From contig CAWCKJ010000007.1 in the NCBI GenBank assembly GCA_963796105.1, positions 134,662 to 198,661 on the forward strand: a stretch of 64,000 bases of DNA, written 5' to 3'. Below, piece after piece: positions 62,001 to 64,000 of the stretch. Below the pieces are notes generated by a model. The model did no database searches, was not told the DNA's origin, and saw nothing but the letters and a program-made list of their open reading frames with translations. Position numbers and translations under genes: made by a program. Each line of letters starts with the position of its first letter. The stretch's first letter is position 1. The DNA is from a candidate division FCPU426 bacterium. GTDB lineage: Bacteria; Oederibacteriota; Muellerivitia; Muellerivitales; Muellerivitaceae.

Positions 62001-64000
62001 GCGTTATGGTGGCCGTAGGGGTGTTGTAGAAAGACACATCACCCACCCAAAGGTCATAGGGTCCGGGGGAATCAATCTGCCAATGAGCGTCCATCAGCTT
62101 GGTCGGGTCGAATGGAACGGACGTCCCCCATCCCTGCTGCCTCAAGGAAGAGTAGGGTATTTGGTACAGCTGCCAGTCGGTTCCAATTGCGACGACTTCC
62201 TGGTAGGAGTCATAACAATTACTCACGCATCCGCCATTGGCGGTGACCGGCACGGTCAAGTAGGTCTCCACTTGAAAGAAAAGCGTTACGGGCGTCGCCG
62301 CCTTCGCGTAAAAGCTGATTCCATTGAAACCGGACCCGTCGTAAGGCGCGTCCGGACTCGTAAAGGAGAACCCCATTGCCGGCCATCCACCTGAAACCGA
62401 GGTTCCGGTGATCCTGGCGGCGTAATTCGAACCTCCATATCCCGGTATGCTCATGGTAAATGGGGCGTTAATGAGAGGCCACACCGTCGAACCAGCCGTG
62501 TCATCGTAGGTGTACCATGCCCCGTTCCTGCACAATTGAGGGATGATCAAATTGTTTCCATCCGCCATGTCGTCAATCAAGCCGGGCGTCGTGGTGGCCG
62601 TGCAGTTGGGCGTGGGGCTTAAAGTTGGGGTGGCTGAGCCGGTGGGCGTGAAAGTCGCGGTGGCAGTTCCGGTCGGCGTGATAGTGGGAGTGGGGGTTAT
62701 GGTGGCCGTAGGGGTGTTGTAGAAAGAAACGTCACTCACCCAAAGGTCATAGGGTCCGGGGGAATCAATCTGCCAATGAGCGTCCATCAGCTTGGTCGGG
62801 TCGAATGGAACGGACGTCCCCCATCCCTGCTGCCTCAAGGAAGAGTAGGGTATTTGGTACAGCTGCCAGTCGGTTCCAATGGCGACGACTTCCTGGTAGG
62901 AGTCATAACAATTACTCACGCATCCGCCATTGGCGGTGACCGGCACAGTCAAGTAGGTCTCCACTTGAAAGAAAAGCGTTACGGGCGTCGCCGCCTTCGC
63001 GTAAAAGCTGATTCCATTGAAACCGGACCCGTCGTAAGGCGCGTCCGGACTCGTAAAGGAGAACCCCATTGCCGGCCAGCCACCTGAAACCGAGGTTCCG
63101 GTGATCCTGGCGGCGTAATTCGAACCTCCATATCCCGGTGTGCTCATGGTAAATGGGGCGTTAATGAGAGGCCACACCGTCGAGCCAGCCGTGTCATCGT
63201 AGGTGTACCATGCCCCGTTCCTGCACAATTGAGGGATGATCAAGTTGTTTCCATCCGCCATGTCGTCAATCAAGGCGGGCGTCGTCGTGGCTGTGCAGTT
63301 GGGCGTGGGGCTTAAAGTTGGAGTGGCTGAGCCGGTGGGTGTGTAAGTCGCGGTGGCAGTTCCGGTCGGCGTGATAGTGGGAGTAGGGGTTATGGTGGCC
63401 GTGGGAATGTTGTAGAAAGACACATCACCCACCCAAAGGTCATAGGGTCCGGGAGAATTGATCTGCCAATGAGCGTCCATCAGCTTGGTAGGGTCGAATG
63501 GAACGGACGTCCCCCATCCTTGCTGCCTCAAGGAAGAGTAGGGTATTTGGTACAGCTGCCAGTCGGTTCCAATGGCGACGACTTCCTGGTAGGAGTCATA
63601 ACAATTACTCATGCATCCGCCATTGGCGGTGACCGGCACAGTCAAGTAGGTCTCCACTTGAAAGAAAAGCGTTACGGGCGTCGCCGCCTTCGCGTAAAAG
63701 CTGATTCCATTGAAACCGGACCCGTCGTAAGGCGCGTCCGGACTCGTAAAGGAGAACCCCATTGCCGGCCATCCACCTGAAACCGAGGTTCCGGTGATCC
63801 TGGCGGCGTAATTCGAACCTCCATATCCCGGTGTGCTCATGGTAAATGGGGCGTTAATGAGAGGCCACACCGTCGAGCCAGCCGTGTCATCGTAGGTGTA
63901 CCATGCCCCGTTCCTGCACAATTGAGGGATGATCAAGTTGTTTCCATCCGCCATGTCGTCAATCAAGGCGGGCGTCGTCGTGGCCGTGCAGTTGGGCGTG
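56056..64000 (-). CDS. Giant modular surface/secreted protein (>2636 aa, 5' end outside the window): CBM11-like repeats, ZU5-like, PPC-like, CBM-like repeats, CBM3-like, C-terminal FlgD-Ig/T9SS-like sorting domain
   Basis: Open frame to the window end; Thr/Pro linkers; [20 protein letters not shown] (CBM3-like); IYTIMGE-like YTIMGE...[21 protein letters not shown]-terminus. Confidence 0.88.
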   Translation of the reverse strand, partial: TPNCTATTTPALIDDMADGNNLIIPQLCRNGAWYTYDDTAGSTVWPLINAPFTMSTPGYGGSNYAARITGTSVSGGWPAMGFSFTSPDAPYDGSGFNGISFYAKAATPVTLFFQVETYLTVPVTANGGCMSNCYDSYQEVVAIGTDWQLYQIPYSSLRQQGWGTSVPFDPTKLMDAHWQINSPGPYDLWVGDVSFYNIPTATITPTPTITPTGTATATYTPTGSATPTLSPTPNCTATTTPALIDDMADGNNLIIPQLCRNGAWYTYDDTAGSTVWPLINAPFTMSTPGYGGSNYAARITGTSVSGGWPAMGFSFTSPDAPYDGSGFNGISFYAKAATPVTLFFQVETYLTVPVTANGGCVSNCYDSYQEVVAIGTDWQLYQIPYSSLRQQGWGTSVPFDPTKLMDAHWQIDSPGPYDLWVSDVSFYNTPTATITPTPTITPTGTATATFTPTGSATPTLSPTPNCTATTTPGLIDDMADGNNLIIPQLCRNGAWYTYDDTAGSTVWPLINAPFTMSIPGYGGSNYAARITGTSVSGGWPAMGFSFTSPDAPYDGSGFNGISFYAKAATPVTLFFQVETYLTVPVTANGGCVSNCYDSYQEVVAIGTDWQLYQIPYSSLRQQGWGTSVPFDPTKLMDAHWQIDSPGPYDLWVGDVSFYNTPTATITPTVTATPTPTPRVYPKATNTPRSTLILTATLTPTPTPIETVSEAVSAFASAAVTLSSGTGVDIPAGAVTTDTTISISETAALGIPLSSGYQVMGNIYSFTSSAGATFSNSVTLVFTYNPSLIPTGDNANQLQVFYYDTASSAWVTVSANLNEGNDTLTVVTNHFSVWTIGVPAAATATPTITTTPVTAQDISSYINGAPVTGDTTYLNDNYSQTIPDGSVTYGVGAPDIAYSFSLTQSTNLFINLCGASFDSVLYLRTNPTDPSTTIVLDDDSAFCNATSSSLVTGVLQPGTYYVIVDGYGPGDYGPFNLSLTTFNPTCTLTPVSTPVALASPNGSNSLGTVQAGSDAVGSGHVEYDFEYTNSWSFTAGTSESYLISLDCFDDGTGKARAAFDVYDFNNNLVISSAGNDPLDQVSAGLIAGMVYTVVVYSPSDNAPSSDYHLVVQGVYVTPTPTNTITPAPTATPCSASSVLPLYDFNGSLNCWRVDSYSGVTVANWGITGTQTHNGSPGAMFASVSGSPSNSTMQFDLPFNPPQDLTGKTITAWVYVDPSLSNGGSPGGQLFVQSGSGYYWESAWTNIPVLGGWFLVTFTPTWSNSGENSTQVLVLGFQLDNLAAGAVGNIYLDDVQITGSVIMTSTPTSTPTSTPTFTATATGTLPTATGTPTITATPCSASSVLPLYDFNGSLNCWRVDSYSGVTVANWGITGTQTHNGSPGAMFASVSGSPSNGTMQFDLPFNPPQDLTGKTITAWVYVDPSLSNGGSPGGQLFVQSGSGYYWESAWTNIPVLGGWFLVTFTPTWSNSGENSTQVLVLGFQLDNLAAGAVGNIYLDDVQITGSVIMTSTPTSTPTSTPTFTATATGTLPTATGTPTITATPCSASSVLPLYDFNGSLNCWRVDSYSGVTVANWGITGTQTHNGSPGAMFASVSGSPSNGTMQFDLPFNPPQDLTGKTITAWVYVDPSLSNGGSPGGQLFVQSGSGYYWESAWTNIPVLGGWFPVTFTPTWSNSGENSTQVLVLGFQLDNLAAGAVGNIYLDDVQITGSVIPTSTFTPTPSSTPTMTATPTATMAVPIPGQSVNAKPTHTPNVTLTLTATITPTSTPIETVSQAVTASAPATVFLSNGTGVDIPAGAVTTDTTISISETAALGIPLSSGYQVMGNIYSFTSSAGATFSNSVTLVFTYNPSLIPTGDNANQLQVFYYDTASSAWVTVSANLNEGNDTLTVVTNHFSVWTIGVPAAATTTPTITTTPVTAQDISSYINGAPVTGDTTNLPDSNSQAIPDGSVTYGLSAPDIVYQFTLTNPKSLFINLCGVQFDSVLYLRSNPTDPSTTIALDDDSAFCNRTSSSLVTGILQPGTYYVIVDGYGPGDYGPFSLGLSTFTPACSLTPISTPAALGAPSGPNSLGMVMGGVDAVGTGHVEYDFEYTNSWSFTAGTSGAYVVSLDCFDDGTGKARVSFDLFDSNNNLVISSAGNDPLDQVTAGLTGGTQYTVVVFAASDNAPSADYRLVVQGPVATPTPTPALTSTSTASPSNTNTPTLSNTPTPSPTSTPTLTPTNALTLTPTNTSTSTFTNTPTVTRTPTITPTNTPFNTVTPTSSCTCAVPTHTATSTKTPTPTNSFTNTTTPTPTPTPTRTNTPTPTAPLAKTPTNTATKTATNTITLTITPPPTRTYTLTPIPSPTSPCGTSSANLKLYELTSACVDNQVLDTFEIINNGSAVTLSDITIKFWADDTSGVSLTGTVNYGGCLMNPSCFHQVPGATLSAIHFTPACGPDPNHQANWEFTVSNTDNTVITGGVSWVGIQTTVHRTDYANFSPGTSFWYSPCLTAQTYTANTHYAIYLKGNLVTASGGVPPSCRPLPTCTPAGKGAELSSDIVSDRFTATPTMEILKSSSVIAAPNISRNGELVQFIVKLDKPNEIQLSLYTIMGESVYQAHTQGAEGTTRLTWNLKNKANETVATGLYIYVLRMDDGTSITTKTGKVAVIH
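57480..61830 (-). repeat. Intragenic duplicated ZU5+PPC block (about 57480-58650 and 60670-61830, offset 3189 bp)
   Basis: Identical shadow ORFs at 58449 and 61638; near-identical DNA in the ZU5-like part. Confidence 0.85.
58870..60619 (-). repeat. Three near-identical 615-bp tandem repeats (205-aa module)
   Basis: Identical shadow ORFs at 59257, 59872, 60487. Confidence 0.92.
62005..64000 (-). repeat. At least three near-identical 693-bp tandem repeats (231-aa CBM11-like module)
   Basis: Shadow ORFs at 62083, 62776, 63469; the repeat continues to the window edge. Confidence 0.92.

Noticed and set aside
58870..64000. CRISPR array or DGR template/variable repeats
   Set aside because: Repeats are 615 and 693 bp in-frame protein modules with no spacers; no cas or reverse transcriptase gene in the window

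Overview
Bacterial chromosomal window with two parts. 1-33.5 kb is mostly housekeeping: clpB (split by a 1-nt frameshift), def, orn, a GGDEF protein, speE plus a PLP decarboxylase, dnaE, guaA, guaB, ridA, rel, two O-antigen-ligase/TPR proteins, two PIN toxin-antitoxin pairs, thiM, pstS and a porin. 33.7-64 kb is accessory. Main finding: five paralogous leader ORFs of about 107-119 aa (39799, 43237, 46488, 51492 on minus; 53988 on plus). Each has an N-terminal signal-like hydrophobic segment and ends in Leu-Arg-Ile-stop with varying codons. Within 0-4 nt of each stop lies an anti-Shine-Dalgarno that can pair with the RBS of the next ORF. This resembles SecM/MifM/VemP/CruR-type arrest-peptide translational switches but with a terminal motif I do not recognise. 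The leaders head shuffled operons of orphan HPr paralogs, SRPBCC proteins, stand-alone ZAS zinc fingers, Asr-like basic peptides, an IS1595-derived Zn-ribbon protein and an RND/TolC pump. The window ends inside a giant repeat-built surface protein gene. Also seen: a duplicated guaA 3' end (att scar), an ATT start codon, a degenerate DnaE PHP site and a long speE leader. All calls come from reading the sequence and recognising motifs; no searches or folding programs were run.
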